Virus record (IMG/VR): IMGVR_UViG_3300044878_000087
Location: 66,432-130,431 of that record
Direction: 5' to 3' (one strand)
Origin: a virus
Taxonomy: Duplodnaviria; Heunggongvirae; Uroviricota; Caudoviricetes
Length of the DNA stretch: 64,000 bases
Position numbers and translations under genes: made by a program. Shown in pieces: positions 37,826 to 48,973 of the stretch. How positions within the stretch are numbered: position 1 is the first letter of the stretch; every line of letters begins with the position of its first letter. A model generated the notes under the pieces. It was not told the origin of the DNA. It searched no databases and saw nothing but the letters and a program-made list of their open reading frames with translations.

Positions 37826-39922
37826 TTACGCCTCAGTGTTGGCTTCCCGACGGATTGTAGTCAGGTTGAAGTTCAGAGTGGTGTGCGGGTTGTTGGCCGC
37901 AACAGTCACTTCACAGCTCCAGCTGGTACCGTTGTTTTCGTCCATGGCAGAGATGTACGAACGTGGGATAACGTCAACGCGATCGCCGTAGCGCTCACGA
38001 GTCAGTTCCAGGATTCGTTCATCAGTACGCTCGATCAACTGTTCTTTCGACAGGAAAGCGTTACCAGAGAAGTCCGCATGAACCTTGTGGATCAGACGGA
38101 TCAGGTCGCAGCAGATGTTAACTGTGATCGGCGAAAGCAATACCGAAGTATCGTCTTTGTATACCGAACGCAGGCATGGGTAGTACTGCGAACGTTGGTC
38201 GTACGATTGCGACCAAGTTGCACCGTTGGCCCAAAGCTGTGCACGTGTACGCTCACTGAAGAACTTGACGTTCTGATCTTTGACCAGAGTTACGCGGTTG
38301 TTCGGGGAGACGTCCATCTCGAAGCCTTCACGCAGGATACCAGTACCCATACCAGCGTACCGAGCCCACTTGACACCGATGTCCAGCAACTGAGGAACAT
38401 ACTTAGGCAGACCATTACCGCCACCGATCAGCTTACCAGTTTGCAGGGCGATCATTGCACGGCAGACAGGAGTACCGAACAGAGTCGATTCAGGGTAAGC
38501 TTGCAGACGAGTGATCAGAGCCTGGCAACGGGAAGCTTCTTCAGAAGCAGACAGCAATCGGGTTTCACCATCAACGAAGGTAGTGAAGAAGTACTGTACG
38601 TCTTTACGAGCAGACAGAACTTGGATTGCACGGAACTTCGATTCCATCGGCAGACCGGTGTCGTACAGAACGCCGAACTGGTAGTGCGCGATGTTTTCGT
38701 ACTGGTCATTACCCAGCTTACCGAAGTTAGTGTTCTCGATGTCTACAAGCTTGTTGTATTCGTCGAGAGTGGTAGAACCGTCATCACCGCCAGAAGCGTA
38801 GATGGTAGCATTCTTACCGAGGGTCACACCGCCACCCATTGCACCTTCCAATTGAATGGACTGGTAAGCATCGCCGTCTTCGCCCAACATAGTCAGGAAG
38901 TCGATCTGCGAAGCTGCGGTTACAGAACCGGCAATAGCAGGGTTGATGGCTTGTTCAGCCGACAGGATCAGTTCCTGTACCAGCTTAACGTTGTCACGAT
39001 ACACGTAGCACTGCGAGAACGGAGAATACAGAACCGACAGGCCCGATTCAAAACCGTCATCAGAATACTTATCGATCAGTACGTCGTCGATGGTGTAGTC
39101 CATGTTCAGGCTATCGGAATAAACACCCTGATCGAAAGACACGTTAACGAAGTCTTCGTCAGCAGCAGTTTTCACGATAACCGGAGTGTTGCCTACAACT
39201 GGCAGTTCCACGAATTGAACGCGGTACATACGAGTTTTGAAGCGCTCTGCAGTCACTTCATCGAAGCCATCTGGATCTTCAGTATGAGTACACCAGATTC
39301 GCATACCCAGGTTGTTACCTTGAGCACCGAAGAAAGCAGCAGGCAATTCGAACAGCGGATAAACAACGGACTGCGAGTTGTCAATGGACGAAACCATAGT
39401 ACCAGGCAGGATACGTTGAGTACCAACTTCGGAATCGTTGTCACGAATCAGAACGATACGTGCACGGTAACCTTCCACTTGTCCTTCGCCTAGGGCGACA
39501 GGGTTTGCCGACAGGTCATTCACAGCGTCTGGGTAGTTAAAGCCGCCCAGCTGAGTAATGGTCTGTGAGACATAATCGTGCACCAGCTCGAGTGCGACGA
39601 TAATACGAGCAGAGTTACCTGCGTCTTCTGGAGTCAAACGCTTCACATAGAAGCCGTTACCTTCGCTGAGGAACTGCAACGCCAGGAGAGACTGCTGGTT
39701 GAAATACTTGCTGCGTGGAGCGAGCGAGCTTTCGCCGTAGATAGTTGCGAAACCACCTTCATCGTTGCCGACATAAGTAGTATCAGTTGGGCCGGTCTCA
39801 GTGAAGAGACGCAGCAATGGAGTGTGCTGAGCAAACGTCACTGGTGGACGCTGGAATGCCCGACGACTCAGGTCCCGGATACCGTTGAAGGTTACCTTAG
39901 GGACAGCGTTGGTGTATGACAT
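37826..39922 (-). CDS. contractile tail sheath protein (phiKZ gp29-like)
   Basis: 698 aa; [55 protein letters not shown] segments; sheath-tube synteny. Confidence 0.88.
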   Translation of the reverse strand: MSYTNAVPKVTFNGIRDLSRRAFQRPPVTFAQHTPLLRLFTETGPTDTTYVGNDEGGFATIYGESSLAPRSKYFNQQSLLALQFLSEGNGFYVKRLTPEDAGNSARIIVALELVHDYVSQTITQLGGFNYPDAVNDLSANPVALGEGQVEGYRARIVLIRDNDSEVGTQRILPGTMVSSIDNSQSVVYPLFELPAAFFGAQGNNLGMRIWCTHTEDPDGFDEVTAERFKTRMYRVQFVELPVVGNTPVIVKTAADEDFVNVSFDQGVYSDSLNMDYTIDDVLIDKYSDDGFESGLSVLYSPFSQCYVYRDNVKLVQELILSAEQAINPAIAGSVTAASQIDFLTMLGEDGDAYQSIQLEGAMGGGVTLGKNATIYASGGDDGSTTLDEYNKLVDIENTNFGKLGNDQYENIAHYQFGVLYDTGLPMESKFRAIQVLSARKDVQYFFTTFVDGETRLLSASEEASRCQALITRLQAYPESTLFGTPVCRAMIALQTGKLIGGGNGLPKYVPQLLDIGVKWARYAGMGTGILREGFEMDVSPNNRVTLVKDQNVKFFSERTRAQLWANGATWSQSYDQRSQYYPCLRSVYKDDTSVLLSPITVNICCDLIRLIHKVHADFSGNAFLSKEQLIERTDERILELTRERYGDRVDVIPRSYISAMDENNGTSWSCEVTVAANNPHTTLNFNLTTIRREANTEA

Positions 39923-39983
39923 CTTTTATTTCTCCCAAGTATGGAGCATTTTGAACTCGATGTTATGAGTGTAAACTAACGGT

Positions 39984-39993
39984 CAATCATAGA
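39984..39993 (-). promoter_or_regulatory. late-type promoter TCTATGATTG
   Basis: Shares TCTATGA with the terL and 5029 sites; upstream of the sheath gene. Confidence 0.5.
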
Positions 39994-40049
39994 TATTAAT
40001 TAAGATTGACCCATGAAGTTATTTTTTACCCCCTAAAAGGAGATACGGA

Positions 40050-40985
40050 ATGGTCATCTTGCCATACCAAACGACCCTCGGTCGTCTGAACAAACCCGAC
40101 GAATATGTACGTGCAGTTCGCAAAGCAGAGATCGCTTTATCATTACCACCAATGTCCACAGTTAATAATGAGCAACTCCGCGATACTGGTTACGTGACTC
40201 CTCGTGAAGAACACGAAGACATTCCGAACTTTGCTCACATCATCAATCTCGGTGACGAACGCAACCCAATGCTAGTCGTTGATGGTCGCCAATACATGCG
40301 TTACGATGAACGCACTGGCGTAACACGCGTGATTGCTGCAAACGATTGGCAACTACAATGCGTGCGTGTTGCCCTGACTCATAAGTTGATTGAGCAAGGC
40401 ACTAGTGCATTTGCCCGACTGACAGATTTCCCAGCCAAAGTTTTCATGGACTGGATCTCGGGTACACTGGTGCAGCGTTACACACTGCGTCCTGAATCTG
40501 AAATGGCACTGCGTGTTATCTCCGCTCTTTATTACCAAGCCATGTTGTCACCAGAACTTCGTGAGCCTGGTCATGACCGCATTCGTTTCGCTACGATCCT
40601 GAACCGTATTACTTCGGTTCCACTGGAATTCATTCTGAACCTGGTAGATCCTGAAATGCAGGACACGATCGGTTCACTGAATAACGCTGACGATCTGGCA
40701 AAAGAGCTGAGCACTAAAGCACGTACCTTGAGCATGGGCCAGCTGAAATTCGCTGACTTGCATGTACTGCTGAAAGCTTCGTGGTTCGGTACCAATGCTT
40801 CCGACAACGTCGGTATGTCACTGGAACATCTACCTACCTGGATTGCCATTCTTTATACGGCAGTGTCCGATCGCTCATACCGTAAGTCCAAAATCACAGA
40901 GCGAGCCGAACGCATCGGTCGCGCTAATGACATTCGTAACTACATTGACCTCGTCGGTCGCGCGGTTACAGAACAATTCGCTTAA
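40050..40985 (+). CDS. virion structural protein (position of phiKZ gp28)
   Basis: 311 aa, SD AGGAG; divergent from the sheath gene. Confidence 0.75.
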   Translation: MVILPYQTTLGRLNKPDEYVRAVRKAEIALSLPPMSTVNNEQLRDTGYVTPREEHEDIPNFAHIINLGDERNPMLVVDGRQYMRYDERTGVTRVIAANDWQLQCVRVALTHKLIEQGTSAFARLTDFPAKVFMDWISGTLVQRYTLRPESEMALRVISALYYQAMLSPELREPGHDRIRFATILNRITSVPLEFILNLVDPEMQDTIGSLNNADDLAKELSTKARTLSMGQLKFADLHVLLKASWFGTNASDNVGMSLEHLPTWIAILYTAVSDRSYRKSKITERAERIGRANDIRNYIDLVGRAVTEQFA

Positions 40986-40997
40986 CAGGGGACAACA

Positions 40998-43712
40998 ATG
41001 AACGACTATCTGTTGCGCTACGCGATTGATAACGTTTGGTGTAACCTTGGGCAAGATCGGCAGTTTGTATATCAGCTGCGTCAACTGACTCCACGGTACG
41101 GCACTCGTCGCTACTACACAGTTGATGCACAGAAATACGTTCTGCCTTACGAGTCTGAACGGGATTGGTTCCACGTGTATCAAATCGGTCAGGTGGTTCC
41201 ATCCCATCTGGCTATCCCAAAGGTTTACAACCAATGGATGTCATTGGAGAAACTCGCCATTCATAACCTGATGCTTGGTGAAGTTTACGTTGACAGTGGT
41301 ATTCAGTTCTCTCGGGCTCAAACCTGGGTATTGCTGACCTCCAACCAAAACTTACTGGTTGCTGTAAAGATCCTTCCTTTATTTCCGGATTTGGATGAAC
41401 AACAGCCTTACCTTCACTTTTACCAAAACGCTTACTTCCAGAGTAAACGTTCAGACTTGGCATCTCGCCGTTATATCGAAGCCCATTCGATCCGCCCTAA
41501 TACCGTAGCAGAACTCCGTCAGTTCCAAGTGAGCATGCAGGATCTGTTGGCGGCTAAAGGTGGCTACCCGATGTGCTGGGTTAACGGTCGGTTAGTTCAA
41601 GAAATCTCTTTGGTGACAGCTGGCGTAGGTGACTACTGTGAATGGGTATTGGACAGCTCTGTTTATCGAGTAACCAATTTCCCGTTGAAGCAACTCCCTA
41701 CGTTCACGTCAGCATTGGACACAGCTAACAAATACATCCTGCACATGCCTAAGGCTTTGACAGTCTCGACTATCGAGTTCCATGATGACCTCGGTGTGTA
41801 TCTGTGTAAAGACAACACAGCGCTTGGTCGTTACTCAGGTGTTAGTTATCATCACAACGATGGGACGTGGATGCGTCAACTCACACACCGTGATTGGTCT
41901 GTTCCAGTAGGTCGTGTGCAATCCATGATTGCTAGCCACCCAGAAGATCCACGAGTAGGAACTGATCCACGTTGGGTATCTGATAAGTGGACAACTTCAG
42001 ATCCAATGACCCTGCGTATTTTCCATCGTCGTTCTGGTTATGACCGTCCTGTTATCGCTGACTCGTCACGTATCCAAGAACTCTACCGTCTTAAAGATGC
42101 GGATATTATCCGTGCTATGACTGGTGCAGATTCTATTCCACTATGGCATGCGGCTAACCTAGAGAAAGCTGCTTACGTTCGATTTATGTCGGCGAGTCAA
42201 GACGTGGTGTATCCGGTTGCTTTCCAAGATCCTGATAAGACTAACCAAAGTAAGCAAGCGGCTATTAACTTTGCTGGTGACGTTTTCGGTTATCATGAGT
42301 CTGCGCATCTGTTGGCTAACAACCCAGCTAAGGTCTACCTAGACCAAGGTACTCGGGTTGCTGACCTCGCTTACGTCTACTGGGAAAACGCCACCGTCTT
42401 CGAGTATGATGCACAAGGTATTCTGTTAGAATGGCATCACCACACCGGTGGTTCTCGTTACTACGTCAGTAATGCCGCCTGTACACTCGTAGAAGCCATC
42501 ACAGGCGTTGGTAGCACAGATTTGGAAGGTGTGTATGGGGTAACCGATACGCCACTCCCAGACGGCTATGATTTCCGCATTTATGTGAACAGTGTTTTCG
42601 GTGGAGTTCCTACCGGTGAGTGGCAAGACATCACTGATCTGGAGAACCGGCATGATTGGGGCTTCCTAGATGAGACCGGTGCAGTTCCGGTATGGCGTTG
42701 GTTAGTACAACCTACCCAATGGCAAGGTTTGATCCGTCGTTCGAATCGCTTCTACTTAGAAGCACTGCGCTTTAATAAGAGCGCTGGCATGATTCGGTTT
42801 AGCTTCCGTCATACGTCGCTGGCCTCAGGTCAAGAAACTGATGAACTGATGGATGTTCCATTCGGTCAACTGGATGTATTCCTAGCCGATGAGAATGGTG
42901 AGAACGGTCGTCCGTTGGTGGAGGATCTCGACTACGTTGTAATCCCTGGTACGAAGTTCCAAGATACTCAGGTCGTACTGAACAATCTGGAATACCTCAA
43001 TGACATCAACACTGTTATTGTTCGAGGCCATGGGTTCTGTTCTCCGCAGCTCACGTTGCGTAAGCCAACAGAATTTGGTTTCGTTGAATACGGTGTGCTG
43101 TCCGGCAACAATCGTTACGATGTCCACACGCACAAGATGCAACGGATTATCGTAGATGGTCACTACCGTGCTTTTGAAGACGTCAAGTTCGATGAAGACT
43201 ACGCTGACCTGATCATTGCCGATGAACGTAATGGTGCACCTTATCAGATCCAAACACCACAGACAACGTTCCGTGATGTGTACGATGCTGATGGCGTTGC
43301 ACGTGCGCTGGATGATTCCCGTGACCAACAGGTCAGTGATTACATGACGGAATACTTCCCAGCTCGACCTCGTTCTAATTCGGACAAGATCGAACGGCAT
43401 TATTACATCTACAGTGCTTATGCTAACAAGATCCTAAACGATCTGATTGCGGGTACGTTGAAGCCACCGATTGTTAACGGCTTCTACACGGAGATGGACA
43501 TTGCTACAGCTGTTGCTAAATACGACTGGCTGAAACCATTCGACATGTGCAACCGGGAATACAACAAGAACCACGTCATCATCTATCCACACTGGCATGC
43601 GACTGCCCAGGGATTGGACATCCAACAGTATGACTTCTTTGTGAGAGTACTGAAATTGGGTCTCCGTGAAGTACCTGATCTTTCACATTCCATTTACATC
43701 ACGAGGACTTAA
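40998..43712 (+). CDS. large virion structural protein (position of phiKZ gp27)
   Basis: 904 aa starting MNDYLLRYAIDNVWC; synteny. Confidence 0.8.
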   Translation: MNDYLLRYAIDNVWCNLGQDRQFVYQLRQLTPRYGTRRYYTVDAQKYVLPYESERDWFHVYQIGQVVPSHLAIPKVYNQWMSLEKLAIHNLMLGEVYVDSGIQFSRAQTWVLLTSNQNLLVAVKILPLFPDLDEQQPYLHFYQNAYFQSKRSDLASRRYIEAHSIRPNTVAELRQFQVSMQDLLAAKGGYPMCWVNGRLVQEISLVTAGVGDYCEWVLDSSVYRVTNFPLKQLPTFTSALDTANKYILHMPKALTVSTIEFHDDLGVYLCKDNTALGRYSGVSYHHNDGTWMRQLTHRDWSVPVGRVQSMIASHPEDPRVGTDPRWVSDKWTTSDPMTLRIFHRRSGYDRPVIADSSRIQELYRLKDADIIRAMTGADSIPLWHAANLEKAAYVRFMSASQDVVYPVAFQDPDKTNQSKQAAINFAGDVFGYHESAHLLANNPAKVYLDQGTRVADLAYVYWENATVFEYDAQGILLEWHHHTGGSRYYVSNAACTLVEAITGVGSTDLEGVYGVTDTPLPDGYDFRIYVNSVFGGVPTGEWQDITDLENRHDWGFLDETGAVPVWRWLVQPTQWQGLIRRSNRFYLEALRFNKSAGMIRFSFRHTSLASGQETDELMDVPFGQLDVFLADENGENGRPLVEDLDYVVIPGTKFQDTQVVLNNLEYLNDINTVIVRGHGFCSPQLTLRKPTEFGFVEYGVLSGNNRYDVHTHKMQRIIVDGHYRAFEDVKFDEDYADLIIADERNGAPYQIQTPQTTFRDVYDADGVARALDDSRDQQVSDYMTEYFPARPRSNSDKIERHYYIYSAYANKILNDLIAGTLKPPIVNGFYTEMDIATAVAKYDWLKPFDMCNREYNKNHVIIYPHWHATAQGLDIQQYDFFVRVLKLGLREVPDLSHSIYITRT

Positions 43713-45394
43713 TGATGGCTTTTACCCCATTCACTCGTTCTGCCTACCTAGACCCGGAACGCGGGTTCTGGGTATGGAACCGAACTGAGATTGTTAGTTT
43801 CCCAGGTGAGACTAATAAGTTCATCCCTAACGTGAACGACGAAGTTCGCGACTGGGACCAAGGTACCTTTCGGGTTATCGAAGTAGATCAGACCACAGGT
43901 ATGTCGGTACTGGAGCGCTGGGTAGAACCAGAGTCTCCAGATCCAGATGGTCCTGAGAACATTCTGATTGCAACTGGCCCTGGTTATACTTCGGAATCCT
44001 TCCGGTGTTTCCTGGATCAAACTGTTACACCTCACACTTTATCTCCTGACCTGCGTTGCCATTTCTATGGTACTGATGTTCAGGGTTACAAGGTCTTCCA
44101 AGGTAGCGACATCTCCGAAACTTATGGTAAGGTGATCTCTGAGTATTACGATGCTTCGGGTAATTACCTCGGTCCAATGATTCCTGTAGAAGTTGCTTTG
44201 CTGCCGGGTCTGCTACCAGGTACTTCCTACAAGAATGGTATCACTGTACCAATGGCTGGTTATACTTCGGTTGACCTACCGGATGGTGAACGTGTTACAC
44301 TCGTAGCCTATTCGGCTAACGGCAAGCAATTGTCCGTAGCTCAGTTGGTTGTAGTGAACTCTCAAGCTATTCGTCAGCCGGATACTTCGAAGCGTTACGT
44401 TAAAGGTATTTCGATTGACACTCCATGGCTCAGTTCTGCTGATCCTAAGGTCATCGAGTTCCCACTGAACGTTGCAGTAGAATCTCTGCCGATGGTTGGC
44501 CGTGTACATTACCGTGATGGTAAGAAAGAACCTAAGTCCATCAATGGTGGACAAATGGAACTGCTAGGTCTCCGTAACTACGTGGCTACTGAAGTTGGTC
44601 AAGAGTTCGGTATGACTCTGACTTATCAACTGGCTGCTGATGAGATCTCTTACGGGTTGAATCCGACTACTGATCGTAAGGTCACCATGTCGTACATCGC
44701 TCGTACCACGCCGGCTGAAGGTGCTTACGAATGCCGTCTGTTCGTGTACCCTATCTGGGTCAACGCTGCTGTTGGTTACCGTCTGGAGTTCTGGCTGTAC
44801 AACCAAGATCGTGAACGCTTCTGGAACGTTACTCCTCAGGTACAACTGGGTATGACTTCTAAAGCCTTCGATCCGAAAGGTTACGGCTATGTTCAAGATC
44901 TGACCTATGCATTGAACCTGAACGAAGTAGATGGTATCTTCAAACCTGTTCGCTTCGTAACCAATGTACAGATCTCTCTGTTGACCGATGGTAACAACAA
45001 CTCGAACTGGGAAATCAAAGCTCGCCCAGATCAAGAATTTGCCTATGGTCGTGATCTGAAAGCAGATGTTGAATACATCGCTACCAACCAATGGAACCTG
45101 CGACTGGCTAACGGCGCACAGACCAAAGAGACTTGGCTGCAGAAGATGTACTTCGCTGCAGAACCTCTGATCAACCCAGAAGCAGAAGTTACTGCACCTC
45201 TGCCTACTCACTTCCGAGTGCATTTCCTGCACAACGTTTACGAGTATGCATTGTCTCAGTGGGCTGATGTTCTGAAGGTAAACAATGATCTGTCTAACGA
45301 TGGTGAACTGGTTTACATTCAGTGGATTCGCCGTACTGTGGGCACTGACCTGCAGCTTGCAATGACCGCATTGCCTCTGAAACAACTCGTGTAA
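43712..45394 (+). CDS. virion structural protein (position of phiKZ gp26)
   Basis: 560 aa, beta-rich, TAATG-coupled; precedes the terminase. Confidence 0.8.
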   Translation: MMAFTPFTRSAYLDPERGFWVWNRTEIVSFPGETNKFIPNVNDEVRDWDQGTFRVIEVDQTTGMSVLERWVEPESPDPDGPENILIATGPGYTSESFRCFLDQTVTPHTLSPDLRCHFYGTDVQGYKVFQGSDISETYGKVISEYYDASGNYLGPMIPVEVALLPGLLPGTSYKNGITVPMAGYTSVDLPDGERVTLVAYSANGKQLSVAQLVVVNSQAIRQPDTSKRYVKGISIDTPWLSSADPKVIEFPLNVAVESLPMVGRVHYRDGKKEPKSINGGQMELLGLRNYVATEVGQEFGMTLTYQLAADEISYGLNPTTDRKVTMSYIARTTPAEGAYECRLFVYPIWVNAAVGYRLEFWLYNQDRERFWNVTPQVQLGMTSKAFDPKGYGYVQDLTYALNLNEVDGIFKPVRFVTNVQISLLTDGNNNSNWEIKARPDQEFAYGRDLKADVEYIATNQWNLRLANGAQTKETWLQKMYFAAEPLINPEAEVTAPLPTHFRVHFLHNVYEYALSQWADVLKVNNDLSNDGELVYIQWIRRTVGTDLQLAMTALPLKQLV

Positions 45395-45404
45395 TAAACA
45401 TACT

Positions 45405-45434
45405 CGGTTGCCTTATGGTAGCCGTTTATGCCGT
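45405..45434 (+). terminator. terminator with TTTATGCCG tail
   Basis: CGGTTGCC TTAT GGTAGCCG TTTATGCCGT. Confidence 0.65.
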
Positions 45435-45437
45435 AAT

Positions 45438-45448
45438 TCTATGACTCA
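45438..45448 (+). promoter_or_regulatory. late-type promoter TCTATGACTCA
   Basis: Upstream of terL; identical to 5029-5039. Confidence 0.55.
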
Positions 45449-45525
45449 TATACGTTTCCGGGCTGGGGCGGGGTCAAAATCTTTTATACCGCTACCGCCC
45501 TACATACCTACAAAGGACTAAAAAC

Positions 45526-47682
45526 ATGAACGTAATTCTCTTTATTGAAGACTGGCAAAAGTTCCCGTCTGCAATAGCCGATACCAAAACCAAAAATGAA
45601 TCGTTCCTGAAGTTGGTTGCCCTGTACAAGAAAATGGGCATTAAGAACTCGGACTTCTGTCTGGCTCTTTTCCAACCAGAACTACAAGGCGTAGACCCTT
45701 ACGATCCAGATCTAGATGATGCCACCAAGATGAAGATCATGTTGGAGGCGAAGTATAACCCTTGGTATTACTTCCGTGAGATTGCCCGGATTCCTCCGAC
45801 TTCTGGTAACAACCCAATTCCATTCCGAGCTAACCGTGGTAACATTGCACTGTTCTGGTCTTTCTTTAACCACGTAGACTTTGGTCTACTCCAGCCTCGT
45901 CAGACTGGTAAGTCTGTATCGACGGACGTACTCATGACTGGCATGATGTACATCTGGGGTGAGAACACCGTAATCAACCTGATTACTAAAGATACAAAAC
46001 TGAAGAACGCTAACATCGAGCGTCTGAAGATCATGATGGATCTGCTACCTAAGTACATCCACGACAAAGACTTCGCTGACGTTGACAACCAAGACATGAT
46101 GACCTGTATCCGTTTGGGTAACAAGTACAAGTCTTCGGTGGGTCGTAACGATAAGATCGCAGCAGACAAACTCGGTCGGGGTTTGACCGTACCTATCATG
46201 CACTTCGACGAATTGGCGTACATCAACCTAATCGAATACTCGCTACCAGTAGCACTGGCTTCTGGATCGGCGGCCCGTGAAGAAGCAGCGGCACAAGGCC
46301 AACCATACGGCAACGTGTTTACAACGACGGCTGGTAACATTACCACAAGAGATGGCGAGTTTGCTCATTCCTTCTTAACAGGTGGTGCACCATGGACAGA
46401 GACTTGGTTTGATATCGCTGACCAACGTACGCTACACAAAGTCGTAGAGAAAACCTCTAGCGGACAGAAGCCTATTATCTACGGTGCATTCAACCACCGT
46501 CAACTAGGTCGTACTGACGAATGGCTTTTCAAAACTCTGCGGGACTCTGCTCAGTATGGCGAGATCGCTGACCGAGATTACTTCAATATCTGGACTGTTG
46601 GTGGTGAGGGTTCTCCTATCACACAAGAACAGAAGAAGCGAATCAAAGAGTCTGAGAAAGAACCGCTGTGGAACGAGATCACTCAAGAAGGTTATACCAT
46701 CCGTTGGTTCATTCCTAAAGAGCAAGTTGAAATGCGAATGGCGGCAAGCCGTTTCGTAATGGGTCTCGACCCTTCTGAATTGCTAGGCGAGAAGTCTGAC
46801 TCCACTGGTATGGTTATCATCGATGTTGAATCCCACGATATCGTAGCTACTGGTCGTTATAACGAAACGAACGTTCCACAGCTATCCGCATTCTTGGCTT
46901 CTATCCTGTTACGCTATTCGACTATCACATTCGTTCCAGAACGTAAGTCGATGGGTATGGCTATTATTGACTACGTCGTGATTGCTCTACACCGTGCTGG
47001 GGTTGACCCATTCAAACGGATCTTCAACCGTATCGTCGACGATGCTACTATTATGGAATCTGAGTTCCGTGATATCCAAGCTCCGATGTCTGCTCGATCC
47101 CCAACGTTCTACGATCGATTCAAACGTCACTTCGGTTTCAACACAGCTGGTAGTGGTCGGTATTCACGAGATGCATTGTACGTCGTGTCTCTGCCTTCGT
47201 CAATGGATTACGGTTCCCGTCGCATGCACTGTAACCTATTGATCACAGAGATCCTGGCACTGACTATCCGCAATGGTCGTATTGACCACAACCGCGGTAA
47301 CCACGATGACTTGGTAATCTCGATGCTGTTGGCACACTGGCTGTGTATCCAAGGACAGAACCTATCTTACTATGGTATCAATTCAAATGCAATCTTCTCT
47401 AAGGCACAGGTCTCTGACCGTGAGCTGACCAAGATTGAAGTGTACCGTGAAGAAGTTGGTTCTCGTGCTAAGCAGGAATTCGATGCATTGATTGAAGAGA
47501 TGAAAGGTGAGAAGAACCCGATGATCTCTGCTAAGATCGAATTGAAGCTTCGTGCTCTGTCGCGTCACATTAACTTGGACGAGGCATCAGGTGCTGGTAT
47601 CGATGCAATGATCCGTCAGGTTAAGGAAGAGCGTACCCGTAAGGTTCGTTCTAACCGTTATACTCCGACTGTGATGATGTAA
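45526..47682 (+). CDS. terL: terminase large subunit (phiKZ gp25-like)
   Basis: Walker A QPRQTGKS, GRG motif, Walker B MHFDE, coupling motif TTTAG, nuclease MGLDPS...DSTG and HDDLVIS. Confidence 0.95.
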   Translation: MNVILFIEDWQKFPSAIADTKTKNESFLKLVALYKKMGIKNSDFCLALFQPELQGVDPYDPDLDDATKMKIMLEAKYNPWYYFREIARIPPTSGNNPIPFRANRGNIALFWSFFNHVDFGLLQPRQTGKSVSTDVLMTGMMYIWGENTVINLITKDTKLKNANIERLKIMMDLLPKYIHDKDFADVDNQDMMTCIRLGNKYKSSVGRNDKIAADKLGRGLTVPIMHFDELAYINLIEYSLPVALASGSAAREEAAAQGQPYGNVFTTTAGNITTRDGEFAHSFLTGGAPWTETWFDIADQRTLHKVVEKTSSGQKPIIYGAFNHRQLGRTDEWLFKTLRDSAQYGEIADRDYFNIWTVGGEGSPITQEQKKRIKESEKEPLWNEITQEGYTIRWFIPKEQVEMRMAASRFVMGLDPSELLGEKSDSTGMVIIDVESHDIVATGRYNETNVPQLSAFLASILLRYSTITFVPERKSMGMAIIDYVVIALHRAGVDPFKRIFNRIVDDATIMESEFRDIQAPMSARSPTFYDRFKRHFGFNTAGSGRYSRDALYVVSLPSSMDYGSRRMHCNLLITEILALTIRNGRIDHNRGNHDDLVISMLLAHWLCIQGQNLSYYGINSNAIFSKAQVSDRELTKIEVYREEVGSRAKQEFDALIEEMKGEKNPMISAKIELKLRALSRHINLDEASGAGIDAMIRQVKEERTRKVRSNRYTPTVMM

Positions 47683-47708
47683 CGAAACAAAAAAAAATAA
47701 GGCATAAA

Positions 47709-47728
47709 GGCTACCCCGAAGGGTAGCC
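47709..47728. terminator. bidirectional UUCG terminator
   Basis: GGCTACCCCGAAGGGTAGCC between convergent genes. Confidence 0.85.
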
Positions 47729-47744
47729 AATATGTCGTCACAGA

Positions 47745-48434
47745 TTAACTGTGTTGTACTTTCAATTCGAATTGCATGTCAGTTGGTGTATTTTCTTCGA
47801 GCATTGCAGGCATGTTACGGCGATTCAGATACTTGAAGCGTTTGAAGTGGAAGATGTCAGCTTCAGAAGAGCTAACATACCACACACGATCGGTAGCGTC
47901 AACTACGACTGTACCGAACATGTTACCGTTCTGGGTCTTCTGTACTTCGGTGACATTCACGCCCAGTACATGAGCGACGAATGCCAGTTGTTCATCTCGC
48001 GTTTCACGAGTGGTATCAGCAAGCATGATGCGTATGCGTGCCATCACTCGCTGATCACGATCTTTCTTCGCGGGGCAACGATCAGGATGAGCATTGATGT
48101 ACTCATACTGGCGCAGTAGTGTAGGCAACGATACCACAGCAACATCGTACATCATCACGATGTCTTCAGGTGCGGTATCACGCGGATGCAGATCGAAGTG
48201 TTCGTCAACGGTGTACATATCACCGCACAGACCTTTCTTCAAAGTGAAAGGACCGTTGGTTTCGATGAACTCGACATTGGCCTGCAGAGAGATGTCAATA
48301 TCGATATCGCCAGTTTCATCCCGGAGACCATACAGGACAGCAGCAGCCCCATAACCGATGACGCAATCTTTACGTGCGACATCGTATTTGTCCAGGAAGT
48401 TGTTCATCTGACCGATGATCATTTGCTGATTCAT
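47745..48434 (-). CDS. putative Pol-beta-superfamily nucleotidyltransferase-fold protein
   Basis: VIGYGAAAVLYGLRDETGDIDI resembles the G-G-x-A...T-x-D-x-D NTase signature; start moved to MNQQ. Confidence 0.6.
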   Translation of the reverse strand: MNQQMIIGQMNNFLDKYDVARKDCVIGYGAAAVLYGLRDETGDIDIDISLQANVEFIETNGPFTLKKGLCGDMYTVDEHFDLHPRDTAPEDIVMMYDVAVVSLPTLLRQYEYINAHPDRCPAKKDRDQRVMARIRIMLADTTRETRDEQLAFVAHVLGVNVTEVQKTQNGNMFGTVVVDATDRVWYVSSSEADIFHFKRFKYLNRRNMPAMLEENTPTDMQFELKVQHS

Positions 48435-48492
48435 TTTGTTTCCCTTGTGCAAAAGTTACCTCCCCGAAGGGAGGCATCTGGTTGTTATTTTT

Positions 48493-48831
48493 TTATTCGC
48501 CGCGCAGCTGGCGAAGTGTGCGGCCGATGTGGTAGAACTCAGAAGCGAAGGTTTCTACCGAGTCATAAACTTCTGGGCGCAATTCCTTCATCATCCAGAC
48601 CATGCAATCGATCAGGCATTCGAAGTCATCGGTTTCGATGTCGTGAGTGATCTGGTTTTTGGCCGGATCGTAAACAACCAGTGTTACGTTGTCTTTGATT
48701 ACCGTCAGGACATCATCCTCCACTACAAAAGTGAAGTCGGCGCCTGCCGGAGAGAATTCGGTGTAGAAACGTTCTTTGGTTTCCAAGAACAGGTTCATCA
48801 GAATTTGCAGCTTCTTCATTTGCTTCTTCAT
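48493..48831 (-). CDS. hypothetical protein
   Basis: 112-aa ORF. Confidence 0.65.
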   Translation of the reverse strand: MKKQMKKLQILMNLFLETKERFYTEFSPAGADFTFVVEDDVLTVIKDNVTLVVYDPAKNQITHDIETDDFECLIDCMVWMMKELRPEVYDSVETFASEFYHIGRTLRQLRGE

Positions 48832-48951
48832 GGGTGCAGCTCCTTGGTTTGTGCAGCTATCATAATGCTTAATTTAGGTTTGTGCAAGCTTTTTATTCAG
48901 GTACATCCAAGAAAGTGATATAGGCTTTTAAATAGTTTAAATGCAACATAA

Positions 48952-48971
48952 GGCTTCCCCGAAGGGAAGCC
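48952..48971 (-). terminator. UUCG terminator after DHFR
   Basis: GGCTTCCC TTCG GGGAAGCC TTATG. Confidence 0.8.
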
Positions 48972-48973
48972 TA

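Noticed and set aside
37883-39493. 536-aa ORF antisense to the tail sheath
   Set aside because: Same shadow-ORF effect.
24644-47728. Identical 20-bp palindromes at 24644, 35063 and 47709 as CRISPR repeats or IS ends
   Set aside because: Widely spaced, always between convergent genes, with UUCG loops: terminators. No CRISPR array, cas gene or transposase was seen in the window.
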